Assembly (NCBI GenBank): GCA_028534125.1
Contig: CM052832.1
Location: forward strand, 16,432,418-16,496,000
Direction: 5' to 3'
DNA length: 63,583 nt
DNA from: Lama glama
Lineage: Eukaryota
Every line of letters starts with the position of its first letter. Position 1 is the first letter of the stretch. The notes beneath the pieces are model-generated. The model worked only from the letters and a program-made list of their open reading frames with translations. It searched no databases and was not told where the DNA came from. This document shows, one piece after another, positions 24,742 to 50,249 of this stretch. Made by a program: the position numbers and the translations under genes.

Positions 24742-27700
24742 ATGGAGTCTAATGATAGCACCAGTACCACTGTGAAAGAGCCTGACAGCCTGGAGGTGCT
24801 GGTGAAGACCCTGGACTCACAGACCCGGACCTTTATTGTGGGGGCCCAGGTGAGAACCCAGTACTTCTGGGAGACATCCATTAACTCTCTTGTCGGTTCC
24901 TTAGCTTGAGAGAAGAGTCTGATTTTCTGGTCTTCAAATTTCCTTTCATTGAATCCTTTGTTCATGTTGTAGGCAGAGCATTTCCTGATGTTACCTCTAT
25001 GGTTTCTGTTGGGTGAGGCAGATTTTCTTCTGCCTTCTTCCACCTCAATAAAAATGCAAAGGGAAAGAAGGAGGGAGGAATCTGTATGCCAACATCGTGA
25101 ACGAATCCCAGCCCAAAGGGACGGACATGGCTCCTGCCTTTTGGAAGGGAAACAGAACACATAGACCTAAAGTGCAAGTGTGTCTTACAGACAAGAACTG
25201 TTGTTTTTAAAGTAGAGAAAATGGAGCTCATAATGCAGGAAGAGCCCTAATAGACTCTTGAGTGGAATTACTAATATTTATGGTGTATTTTGGGTTTTTT
25301 GAGCATAATGGCAGGAATACAGCTATCTGTGTCATTATTGGAGACAAAATCATGAGGGAGTTGTTCTGTTGTTTTAAAACGTGTTACCTGTTTTTAAGGA
25401 AACCATATAGGTTTTTGCAATTAAATGTATGTAAACAGCTTGGTGCTTCCCAAGAGTCAGTTGTCTGGTTAGGACAAATGTTTTTTCTGTTTTGATCCCT
25501 TTTCTTTCATCTTGGCTCAGTCTTCCCACCTTAACCTGATTCTCCACTCCATTTTCTTTGTCAGCGTTTGTATCTTTAAGATTACAGAGTTATATCATTT
25601 TGTGTTTGAGAAGGGGTCACTGGTATCTTTAGACACACACATTTCTTTGGGAGCCAGGCAGAGGAGGAGAAAAGGGAATGCCAGTAGTCTTTTCTGCTTT
25701 TCAGCCTTGTAATTTTCTCCTAGGCATATAACCTGTAGTTCCCTATGTTTATCGTAAGTATTTTGACAGGTGTTGCCTTAGTTCAGGGCTTTGCACAATG
25801 ATTACCTCACAATGAAGACAAATAGGTAGTGATTTTATGATAGGATGGGTTTTTTTCGCCCTCACAAGTCAGTTGTCCCTCTTCCATCTTTCCTGTTTTC
25901 TTCCATTCCCTGCTTCCTATTCATGTCTCTTCCTTACAGATGAATGTAAAGGAGTTTAAGGAGCACATTGCTGCCTCTGTCAGCATCCCTTCTGAGAAAC
26001 AACGACTCATCTATCAGGGACGAGTTCTGCAGGATGATAAGAAGCTCCAAGAATACAGTAAGGGAGTGGGGGAGGCCATTCTGAGGCTGAGGCAGTTGTC
26101 CAGAGTCCTGAGCTGAGGCTGTGGGTTTACCTAATGTTACAATGTTTTGGTGTGTATCTTTTCTTCCTGCAGATGTTGGGGGAAAGGTTATCCACCTGGT
26201 AGAACGGGCTCCTCCTCAGCTTCAGCTCCCTTTTGGGGCATCTTCTGGAACAGGGTCTGCCTCAGCTACCCACGGTGGGGGACCCCCGCCTGGTACTCGG
26301 GGGCCTGGGGCCTCTGTTCATGACCGGAATGCCAACAGCTATGTCATGGTTGGAACCTTCAATCTTCCTGTAAGCTTGTGTTCCTCATGGGAAGGTTTTT
26401 GTGGGAGAGTGTAGTTTTGGTAGTGGTAGCAGCCAAGACCTCATAAGACTGGTTTCTCAGTTTTTAGATTGGGTTTGGAGGGCCCTGTGGTCTGATAATA
26501 TGGTCGTTGTCTTTGAGAAGATAGTGGGTGGGGCTCCAGAGAACCAGTTGGAAGTGTGGGAGACCTTAGTATTTGGCTTCTCCCAGAGCAACTTCCCTTA
26601 CCCTTTCCCCAGAGTGACGGCTCTGCTGTGGATGTTCACATCAACATGGAACAGGCCCCGATTCAGGTATCACGGGGCCTGGGAGGGTCAGGGAAGGGGA
26701 TCTGGGAGAAGGAGGCCATAAGGTGGGGGCGGAGCTGGCTGAGGAAATGGCTGGGACCTGGTTTAATAGGTGGTGGAGCTCGTGGCTTTATTCCAAGCCT
26801 GCCCTGATTTTTCCTTCTCTTAATGTAGAGTGAGCCCCGAGTCCGGCTGGTGATGGCCCAGCACATGATCAGGGACATACAGACCTTACTATCCCGGATG
26901 GAGGTGAGTGGGCAAGGCCGGCTGGGGTCTGTCTGTCTCTCTTCCCATCCTCCCTACCCCTTTTCTCTCAGCCCAAGGGTGAGGACATGACTGGCCACAT
27001 CCACTGGATTCTTTCTTCCTAATCTGGTCTCTTCTCTGCAATCTTTATTCTTTTGGGCAGAAAAAGTAGCTTTGTGAGACTGTCTTGTCCCTGCTGATCC
27101 TCTGAGTGCCTGGTATCTGAGAAGTTTGTTGCAGACTTGTCAGATAACTCTCACAATATGTCTTTTCAATTAAATAAGGATTCTGTGCTTTTTAAAAATG
27201 TCTTAGCATGTTTGATACTGGGGTGGGCTAACTTCATTAGTTTGTACTGCAGCTGCAACCAGTGGCCTTTTCTTTCTCTTTTGGTGGGTAGGGAACTACA
27301 ATGCTTACTTTTCTTTAGTAATTTGTTTGCAGGTATTACAGATATTTGTCACACATCTAATTTGTGTAAGCTTTACACTGGTTGCTAGGGGGTCAGAGAT
27401 ACAGATGAGGACCCCTGCCTTCGGGGAGCCTGGTTAGCACAGCTTCTCCACTCAGTCTGCTTCGACCTGGGTAAGCCTCTGCCGCAGTCTCATCCTGCCT
27501 TTGGTGCCCTGACTCTCCCCACCTGCAGTGCCGAGGAGGGTCCCAAGCACAGCACAGTCAGCCACCCCCTCAGACGCCAGCTGTGGCCCCGGAGCCAGTA
27601 GCCTTGAGCTCTCAAACATCAGAACCGGTCGAAAGTGAAGTACCTCCTCGGGAGCCCATGGAGGCAGAGGAAGTGGAGGAGCATGCCGCCGCCCAGAGCC

Positions 27701-30700
27701 CGGAGCTCACCCCTTCCGGCCCAGCCCCAGCGGGCGCAACACCTGCCCCAGAGACAAATGCACCCAAGTGAGAGATGGAGGGAACCTTTTGTGGTGGGAG
27801 TGGGTTGGGGATTCTAAGTAACGTACGGGGACCAGGAGGGGTCTGATGGGAGAGGAAGGATTGCTTGGAAGTCTTCCTTGAAGGGTTGGTGTTGAGGGGC
27901 AGGGGGGAGTAGGTAAATGAAGTTAGGACTGGCTGCTGAGCCAGAAGCGCTGCCCTCTCTGGGGCAAGGAAATCCAAATGGTGCTTCCTGAGCCTGATGG
28001 ATATTCTTTCCTCTGAGTTCATCCAGGCCCCATCTCTTTTTCAGAGTTAGATTTTCGCCATTGTAGGTACAGGATAAGTGTGGTGGGGAGGGTGGAAGCG
28101 GTTTATTTTCCTCTCCCCATCTTCCCCTGGGTGGAGTTAAAGAACAGAAGCTCTGCTAGTTTGGGAAGGATTGGGTCAGGGGTTTGGGAAGCCAGGAAGA
28201 GACAGGGTGGGCATGTGAGGTTGGGAATCTAAGGAAAACCTTGGCTTACTGCCTCTTGGGGTTGCACACAGCCATCCTTCCCCCGCGGAGTATGTCGAGG
28301 TGCTTCAGGAGCTGCAGCGGCTTGAGAGCCGCCTCCAGCCCTTCCTGCAGCGCTACTATGAGGTTCTGGGTGCCGCTGCCACGACGGACTACAACAACAA
28401 TGTGAGCCCCGCCCGCCCCCCACCTCCACTACTCCAGGTGGAACAGGGTGAAATGCAGATCACCCCTTCCCCCTACAAAACACATTGTCTGCAACAAAAT
28501 TGTTTCTCTCTGGACTTGTAACAAAATGGTTTCTCTCTGGACTTGCAAGTAAGCGATCTTCCCTTCTTGACAGAGAAGGTGGGGATCTTAATGATAACCA
28601 CTGTTCTTGCAACCTCTTGGTCCCTCAACTTATTTAGGAAGTTTAGGAAATAAGGGATACATTTGAAACTAACATTGCAAATTGATTACACTTCAATAAA
28701 AACATAAAAAAACTAAGGGAGATTAGCAGATGATACCTTATTGATTTATTGTAGGGTTTATTTTGATAGGAAACTATGTGTGTAAAATAGAACTTATTGG
28801 CAAAGATTTGGTCTACCCAGAGGCTTCTAAGGATATGCTTGAAGATGTAGAGGACATGATATTCTCAAGGTGGTATTTTTGTTAGCAAGGTGAATGCCAG
28901 CCTAATGTTTTCTGCTTTTCTGTGTTTGGCCTTGGGGCTACAGCAAGAGGGCCGTGAAGAGGACCAGCGCTTGATCAACTTGGTTGGCGAGAGCCTGCGG
29001 CTGCTGGGCAACACCTTTGTGGCGTTGTCAGACCTGCGCTGCAATCTGGCCTGTGCACCCCCCCGCCACCTGCATGTGGTCCGGCCCATGTCTCACTACA
29101 CCACCCCCATGGTGCTCCAGCAGGCAGCCATCCCCATCCAGGTGGGTCAGAGGAAGCCCGGCTGAGAGACAGTGGAGGGCCGTTGATAGGATGACCCAGA
29201 GAAGCTGTCGGCTCAAGGCAGGTTAGAAAGGGTCAGACTTTGGAAACATATTGGTAGGCAGGATGGAGAATTTAGAAGTATCTCACGGGTTGCTCTGGGT
29301 TAAGCTCTGGGGTTTTTCTCACGGCTGCCCTGTTCATCTGTGTCCTCCAGATCAATGTGGGGACCACTGTGACCATGACGGGGAATGGGACTCGGCCCCC
29401 CCCAACTCCCAATGCAGAGACACCTCCCCCTGGTCCTGGGCAGGCCTCTTCCCTGGCTCCCTCTTCGACCACTGTGGAGTCTTCGACCGAGGGGGCTTCC
29501 CCACCAGGGCCAGCTCCCCCTCCGACTGCCAGCCACCCGAGGGTCATCCGGATTTCCCACCAGAGCGTGGAACCCGTGGTCATGATGCACATGAACATTC
29601 AAGGTGAGTTAGGAGCAGTTGCCAGCAGAGAGAAGAGCAGCGCAATGAGGGAGGTCGGGCTGGAACTGAGGTATGAGAGAGCCAGGGCAAGGGAACAAGA
29701 GGCCAGGGCTGTCAGCAGTAACTGAGACCAGAGCAGAAGCTCCTTGAGTTGGCGTGTACGGGGAGGGGCAGGAAGAACTGCTTGTCCTTGGAGAGTTGTT
29801 TGCACGATGAAAGAAGTGTCTACTCCGTGTCTAGATGGAATGAAAGGTGGGCTTTCTGGTTGAGGGAGTGAAGGCCTGCAGTTTGCTGATCTCAGGAGGA
29901 TACAGTTAGGCCTTGGCCCTGCCTGTCTCAGGGCCACTTTCTCTGTCTTCTTGCCCAGATTCTGGCACACAGCCTGGTGGAGTTCCGAGTGCCCCCACTG
30001 GCCCCCTAGGACCCCCTGGTCATGGCCAGACCCTGGGTAAGAGTGAGGGCTTCAGAGCAGGTTGAGCTCTGGGTAGAGACGGGGTAGAGCCAAGTGGGTG
30101 GGTTGAAGGGGGTCCAGGTTCAAGGTTACATCAGACCCACCCCCCAGGCTCCACCCTCATCCAGCTGCCCTCCCTGCCCCCTGAGTTCATGCACGCCGTC
30201 GCCCACCAGATCACTCATCAGGCCATGGTGGCAGCTGTTGCCTCCGCGGCCGCAGGTAATGACCTGAAAGGGGAAGCCTGGGCGGTGGGGCCCGGTCCAC
30301 GGTGCTGGTATCATCGGCTGGCGGACAAGGGCCCGGCCCTCAGCCCTCTTTGGTTTCTCCCCTCTGCCCCCTACAGGACAGCAGGTGCCAGGCTTCCCAA
30401 CAGCTCCGACCCGGGTGGTGATTGCCCGGCCCACCCCTCCCCAGGCTCGGCCTTCCCATCCTGGGGGGCCCCCTGTCTCGGGGGCTCTGGTGAGTGAGGT
30501 GGCGGAGTCCCAGTGGGAAAGAAGGTGAGGAGGAAATCCTGTGGTGGGGCATGGAGAAGCCAAGACTGAAAGCCTCCCCTTCTTTCCCCTCAGCCGGGCG
30601 CTGGTCTGGGGACCAATGCCTCTTTAGCCCAGATGGTGAGCGGCCTTGTGGGGCAGCTTCTTATGCAGCCTGTCCTTGTGGGTGAGTCTTCGTTCTTCCC

Positions 30701-33700
30701 CAGCTTGAACTGAAGAGGTCTCCATGGCTCTGAAGGCTGGTGTTCCCCTCCCGGTCTCCTCACTGGCCGCTTCCCAGTTCTCCATATTTCTCTGTTCTTG
30801 CCTTCCTGCTGGGAAGGCCAGAATGGAGATCCTGTGGTGTCTTGCTTTTCTTCAGATTTCAACGTTTTTCTTTTGGTCTCTACAGCTCAGGGGACCCCAG
30901 GAATGGCTCCACCTCCAGCCCCTGCCACTGCTTCGGCCAGTGCTGGCACTACCAACACGGCTACCACAGCTGGCCCTGCCCCAGGGGGGCCTGCCCAGCC
31001 TCCACCCCCTCAGCCCTCTGCCTCTGATCTTCAATTCTCTCAGCTCCTGGGGAACCTGCTGGGGCCTGCAGGGCCAGGGGCTGCAGGGCCTGGCATGGCT
31101 TCTCCCACCATCACTGTGGCGATGCCTGGTGTCCCTGCCTTTCTTCAGGGTATGACTGACTTCCTGCAGGTGAGAGGCTGGCTTGCTCTCTACTTCCCCC
31201 TTCCTGTTCCCAAGCCTGGGGCAGTGGTGTCTTATTGCCATTATATTGCCACTTGGAAGGGACCCTGCGAGTGTATTGACTTAGAATCCTCCATTTTGGA
31301 GATGAGGAGAATGAGGTTGAGAGAGAGAGGCATAGTAATTTGTGTCATTGCTTTCTGACCTGACTCATTCAGAAGGAGAGAGGTAGTCTCTGGACTTCAC
31401 TTTGCTGTGGAGTAAACTACTCCTGGACCTTCTGCTTTAAGGAGCAGAGACCAAAGTAGAGCTCCCTGTCTTCAAGACCCCTGTTGAGTTGTGCTTTCCT
31501 GATGGCATTTTCTGTCCTTGTCCCCATTCTTACTTCATTTTCTGTTCTTTATTTCTTCTTTGTTGGCCAGGCAACACAAACGGCTGCTCCACCCCCTCCA
31601 CCCCCTCCACCCCCGCCTCCACCTCCAGCCCCAGAGCAGCAGACGGTGCCCCCACCAGGGTCCCCTTCTGGTGGCACAGGGAGTCCTGGAGGTCTGGGTC
31701 CTGAGAGCCTGCCGCTGGAGTTTTTCACCTCAGTGGTGCAGGGTGTACTGAGCTCCCTGCTGGGCTCCCTGGGAGCTCGGGCTGGCAGCAGTGAAAGTAT
31801 CGCTGCTTTCATACAACGCCTCAGTGGATCCAGCAACATCTTTGAGCCCGGGGCTGATGGGGCCCTTGGTGAGCAAATGAGGGTGCCTTGGCCTTCTCCA
31901 GGGAGGGGCAGCCAGGGGAAGGTAGATGGCCTTTGTTTAGGGATATTGCCAAGGTGGGATGAGGCTGATGGGCTGGTGGGTAGGCCAAGTGGTCCAGATC
32001 GCTGCTGACTTCTGCACCTCTCCCTAGGATTCTTTGGGGCCCTGCTCTCTCTTCTGTGCCAGAACTTTTCCATGGTGGATGTGGTGATGCTTCTCCATGG
32101 GCATTTCCAGCCACTGCAGCGGCTCCAGCCCCAGCTGCGATCCTTCTTCCACCAGCACTACTTGGGTGGCCAGGAGCCCACACCTGGTAACATCCGGGTA
32201 AATGAAGACCTTGGGCCCAGAGCTCTCCTCCTTCTCACCTTCTGTTTCTTTTTCCTGACTCTTTTTATCTGTTGTCTGAAGCTGCGACTGCCGCAGCCCA
32301 AGCCCTGGACTTGTGATGGGGTGGGGAGTGCCTTGAGGGGTGGGGCTTTGTTGTAAAGCTGTGCTGTTCTCCCCTAGACGGCCACCCACACGTTGATCAC
32401 GGGGCTAGAAGAGTACGTGCGGGAAAGTTTCGTGAGTAGCCCTCTCCTATCCCCTCCACTCCCAGCTCCAGGTGGGATAGCCGCTATTCTAGCTGCTTCA
32501 CTCACAACTTCCCAGTCTCTTGGGCTTTCTGATTTTGGGGTCTTTGTGTGTCTTGTGTCTCAGTCATTGGTGCAAGTTCAGCCAGGTGTGGACATCATCC
32601 GGACAAACCTGGAATTTCTCCAAGAGCAGTTTAACAGCATTGCTGCTCATGTGATGCACTGCACAGGTCAGGGGCTGGCTGGGCCAGGGTGAGTTGGGGG
32701 GTGTGTTGTATGTGCAGAGCAGCTACCAGGTGCCAGTGTTCCTTCCTTATGTCTTGCCCACAGACAGTGGATTTGGGGCCCGTTTGCTGGAATTGTGTAA
32801 CCAGGGCTTGTTTGAATGCCTGGCCCTGAACCTGCACTGCTTGGGCGGACAGCAGATGGAGCTTGCTGCTGTCATCAATGGCCGAATTGTAAGCATCACT
32901 GAACCCCAGATCCCCAGCCTTTCATTTTCTCGGGTTTCCATTCTCTTTGGTATCCTGCAGTTCTCAGTTTTTTTCCCTCCAAACTGTCCTCCTTTACTCT
33001 TTGATATCTTTCAAAAGCTGCTTGAGCATTTTGTGTTCTAGTCTGCTTTCTGCCCCTCAGCGTCGCATGTCTCGTGGAGTAAATCCATCCTTGGTGAGCT
33101 GGCTGACCACTATGATGGGACTGAGACTTCAGGTGGTCCTGGAGCACATGCCTGTGGGCCCTGATGCCATCCTCAGATACGTCCGTAGGGTTGGTGACCC
33201 GCCCCAGGTAAGGAACCTGATGGACTTTGGGGTCAGGGAACCTGAGGGACCTGGAGAGATCTGAGAGGGCGCTTTGTGGTGTTCTCCTCTGTCTAATTTC
33301 ACAGCCACTTCCTGAGGAGCCAATGGAAGTTCAGGGATCAGAGAGAACTTCCCCTGAGCCTCAGGTACCAGGGAGAGGTTGAGGAGCCAGATAATATTGA
33401 GTGTGGAGGGCTGGGGTGGAAGGGCTGGAGGCTGAGAATTCTGAAGCCTGGATCTTCCCGCTGTCCGACTCCCAGCGGGAGAATGCGTCCCCAGCCCCTG
33501 GAACAACAGCAGAAGAGGCCATGTCCCGAGGTCCACCTCCTGCTCCTGAGGGGGGCTCCCGAGACGAACAGGATGGAGCTTCGGCTGAGACAGAACCTTG
33601 GGCAGCAGCAGTCCCCCCAGTGAGTGTCAGGAGGTGACCCAGTGGGCTAAGGCAGCTGAAACTTGTGGGAATTTCTCATCATCATATCCCCCCCAGGAAT

Positions 33701-34850
33701 GGGTCCCTATTATCCAGCAGGACATTCAGAGCCAGCGGAAGGTGAAGCCACAGCCCCCCCTGAGTGACGCCTACCTCAGTGGTATGCCTGCTAAGAGACG
33801 CAAGGTTGGTTTGCCTCTCCCCTGACGTTCCCATTACCCAGATACCCTTCTCAGAATCAAACTAACTAGAGCTGGAAAGAATTCTTTCTAGTTTAGTCTC
33901 CTCATTTAAGTGACACCAGAACCTTTCTGGGACTCAGACTTGCTCACGGTTGTCACCTCACACCTTTGCATTAGTCTGTTAACAGTGCTGTCATCCCTCA
34001 GTTGCCTAATCCTGTGACTAGGGCCCAGCTTCCATAAGGTGGGCTTCCTCTGGTGACTAGCTGGCTGTGAATGCTGGATAGCCTGACCCATCCTGCCTCT
34101 CTTATTTTGAAGACCAAGTGAGCAAATTTAAATGCTGGTTTTGGCCAGAGCCAAACAAAATTAGGAAGGCATTTCTGCTGTCAAAACTAAACTTGGATTA
34201 TTTCCCTTCTCTCCACTAGAATGGAGACTCAATGGTTGACTCATGGAAAGGGTGAGCTGGGTGGTGGCATTGGAGCTGACGTTGATCCTCTTTTCCCTCC
34301 CAACCCCGTCCCCCAGATGATGCAGGGTGAGGGCCCTCAGCTGCTTCTCTCAGAGGCTGTGAGCCGGGCAGCTAAGGCAGCCGGAGCTCGGCCCCTGACG
34401 AGCCCTGAGAGCCTGAGCCGGGACCTGGAGGCACCAGAGGTTCAGGAGAGCTACAGGCAGCAGGTGCCCCTACCGTTAAGTAGCATAGGGATGGTCAAGT
34501 GGGAGGGGTTGGGCTAGGGCCCCCTCTTCCCTGGATTCCTTCAGAGGTGGACTGGTCAGTCTGGGGCTACCGTTTGATGGTTTTAAGATGCTTTCCCTAG
34601 TAGCATCTGGGAAGGCTCAGTGATGCCATGTTGGGCTACTGGACAGTATATGGCTGTTGGGGAAGTGTTGGCCTCTGAGGGATGGCTTCGTGTGGTTGCT
34701 GGGATTGTAGGGGTTTGGCCAGTACCTCTCCAACCTGCTTTGCTCTCTATCCAGCTCCGGGCTGATATACAAAAGCGACTGCAGGAAGACCCTAACTACA
34801 GCCCTCAGCGCTTCCCTAATGCCCACAGGGCCTTTGCTGATGATCCCTAG
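24742..34850 (+). CDS. BAG6: BAG cochaperone 6 (BAT3/Scythe), 1164 aa with all exons included
   Basis: 25 coding exons: 24742-24849, 25940-26057, 26173-26369, 26613-26666, 26829-26903, 27529-27767, 28272-28401, 28944-29141, 29351-29603, 29959-30036, 30148-30255, 30377-30489, 30594-30681, 30886-31169, 31571-31868, 32028-32197, 32378-32431, 32564-32666, 32764-32888, 33061-33207, 33305-33364, 33476-33619, 33697-33804, 34317-34463, 34755-34850 (3495 nt, in frame). N-terminal ubiquitin-like domain ([15 protein letters not shown]), DEQD caspase site, NLS AKRRK, C-terminal BAG-similar domain ending AFADDP*. AATAAA at 34918-34923. Confidence 0.97.
28493..28546. repeat. 27-bp tandem duplication in a BAG6 intron
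   Basis: AACAAAAT(T/G)GTTTCTCTCTGGACTTG(T/C) occurs twice in tandem. Confidence 0.8.
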
Positions 34851-35639
34851 CTCTTTGCTCCATGGCCCTCCATCATCTGGGGACCATTTTCCCACTCTTC
34901 CTTCACAGTATTTAAGAAATAAAAGTCAGATTTTCCTGGCTCTTTTGTCTCTGAATTGTCTTCATTAGACAGTCTAATTCCCTTATGTCTTCAATGAACT
35001 TGTTTTTTTTAAATTAATTCCTAGGAACCCAGCTATATTGGACAGCTTTTAACATTTCACCATGAGCATATATATGCAGTATTGTTTGACTGTGCAGCAC
35101 AAGAAAACGTACAAGCCTTTTTCAATGTTGGCCACTTCCAAGGAACGCTTTTGTGCAAAAGCCTTTTGCATGTAAATAACCCTACTGTGGGCGCATTTTG
35201 TAATAGGGCTGTCAAGCTATCTAGTAAACCATTTTCCAAGCAGGTACAGACCTAAAGTCTTAGCTTGTTGCATGAGGTAGTACCAGTGTAACTGAACCAA
35301 GTCTGACTGTGATGGAACTGGTCTACCTTCAGTCTTTGACAGCTATAAAGGCACTTCCTGTTTGTAGATAGGACTGAAGTGACATGTGGCTGCAAGTTCT
35401 TTGCTACTCCTTTTAAGACGCAGTTGCCGTCCCCTCCCCCTTTTAGCCAGCTTAATGCTGGACAAACAGAATGTAGAAGAGGCAACCTAAGGCCAGGTCA
35501 TGAGCTTTGCAGCTTTTGCCCAGACCTCTTGGAACACTGGCTCATGGACATAAAAGGCCTGGTGACTCTATCTTGCTAGAGAAGTTATACAGAGACACTG
35601 GTTGACAATCCAATGGATTCTACCTTCCAGACGGCCCAC

Positions 35640-35820
35640 CACGGCCCTGGACGTGTGAGTAAAGCCCTATAGGATAGCCCAGCTGCAAACTGGTTACCAA
35701 GCAACCTCACAGGCACAAGAAACAGATTTGCCCAGGGAAGCCCAGATGTAATTCCTGGCCCACACAACTTTAAGATACAATAAAACAGTTTAAGTGTTGA
35801 GGTAGTTTGTTACAAGAGAT
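35640..35820 (+). mobile_element. Probable MaLR (MLT1-like) LTR remnant
   Basis: Degenerate LTR 3' signature ..GGCCCACACAAC..AATAAAACAGTTTAAG..GGTAGTTTGTTAC. Confidence 0.35.
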
Positions 35821-36115
35821 CACTGAAGTAATAGCAATTCCCTGAATGAAACCACTCTACGGATCACCAGGCATCAAACTATATGACAAGAGATTGCAAA
35901 CAGCCAACCCATCCCCAAAATCATTTTGGAAATACTTTTTTTAATCCTTTTATTCCTCTTTTTTAACAAACGGCCCCAGGGATAGGGGACCAGGGGAGGG
36001 GGAAGGAGGGGAAGCAAGGCCCCAGCCCTACAACCCTTCCCCACCCACCCCTTTTCCCGCTTATATATTTATATTCTATATACAAGCCCCGGGGATGGGG
36101 GCAAGGGGAGATCCC

Positions 36116-48874
<12,759 letters not shown>

Positions 48875-50249
48875 TCATTGAGTACGTTGGGTCCTGCAGG
48901 CACCTCCCCCAAAACGTGCCGGAGCCTGTGGGCCAGACACCAAGTGTTTCAGTCTCTGCTTCATTTACAGATTCCAACAGAAAAGCCTAGATGCTCCTTT
49001 CCATTCTCAATAGGGGCCCAGATATGTGGCTCTCTCATGTCTTTTCCTCCCATCTAATCAAACACCCCAGTCTCTTTAAGCAATCATTATCTACTTAACT
49101 CCCAACAGAGCCCAAATGCCATGTTCCCTCTTTTCCCCAGACATCTCTTGCCATGAAAATGCAAATAAAAATTCAGTATCTTCTCGTGTAAACACCCTCC
49201 CCTTTGTGCCAGTCTATAAAGGGCAGCAGCCTCTTCACTAACTCCACAAGTAATAACCTCTTCTCCCTCCACCAAAATCATTTCAGAGACCTACAATAAA
49301 AAAAAGAGCAAGTCTAAGCCCCAGAGAAAACCAGAAAGAGGAATACAGCTCTATCATGTAAGGTACAAATATCTAGATCCCCTACTAATTAGACACTAGC
49401 TTCCTAACTGTGCCCCAGGTTCTATTCCCAGCAGCCTCACTCCCATCTGGGAAGATTTGCAGGAAGGTATGCCAGGAGTTTAAGGATTTTATGAGCCTGC
49501 TCGGCCAGACTTGGGGCTGGTGCCAGAGAATTCCTCATAGAAAAACTGGGGCTCTACATACTCCCAAGTTATAGAACCAAGTATTTGGGATAACCTATCT
49601 TTTCCTACACTTGCCCCTACCCTGTCTCCTGGAAAAATTTTTTTTCATTATATGAAACACTGGCAGGCTCTGGTTTACCTTCTGGAGATGTGAGCGAAAC
49701 AAAAAACATGGACACCCTGCAAACTTGGGGCCAAGGCCAGAACCAATTTCATTTTCCTTCCCAGTAAAAAGGCCTATCAGCAGTCATTTCTTTCCCTAAT
49801 GCCCCTTGCTCCTTAAGCAGGCCAAATGCTCCATCCTCAGTTCCTGAGCGACCAGGCATTCATTTATAGAAAATAATGTAAAGGAAAAAGATGGAAGTTG
49901 GTGGGATATCCAGACAGGACCAGGATGAAAGCTGAAATCAAGAACTTTAAGACAGGTTAGATGAGGCGATGGGGGTCTCTTTGCAGGTATTTAAGGTCAG
50001 CCTCTGAAGGAAAAGGAGACAGAAGAATTGTGGAGTGAACAGACTAAGACTAATAAAAGAGAGTTAATATGAAGGCAGGTGGAAAATAATACACGTAAGC
50101 AAGAGTTATAGGAAAAGGATGTAGATCACAGTGGGGGGGGCAGTGTCAACAGGCCCAGAAAAAAAGGGGGGGTTGGGATAGAAAAGACATAGGGAATAGG
50201 AAAAAAGAAAAAAAGCAGAGGGGAGACCGAGGAACGTAAAAAGCACAGA

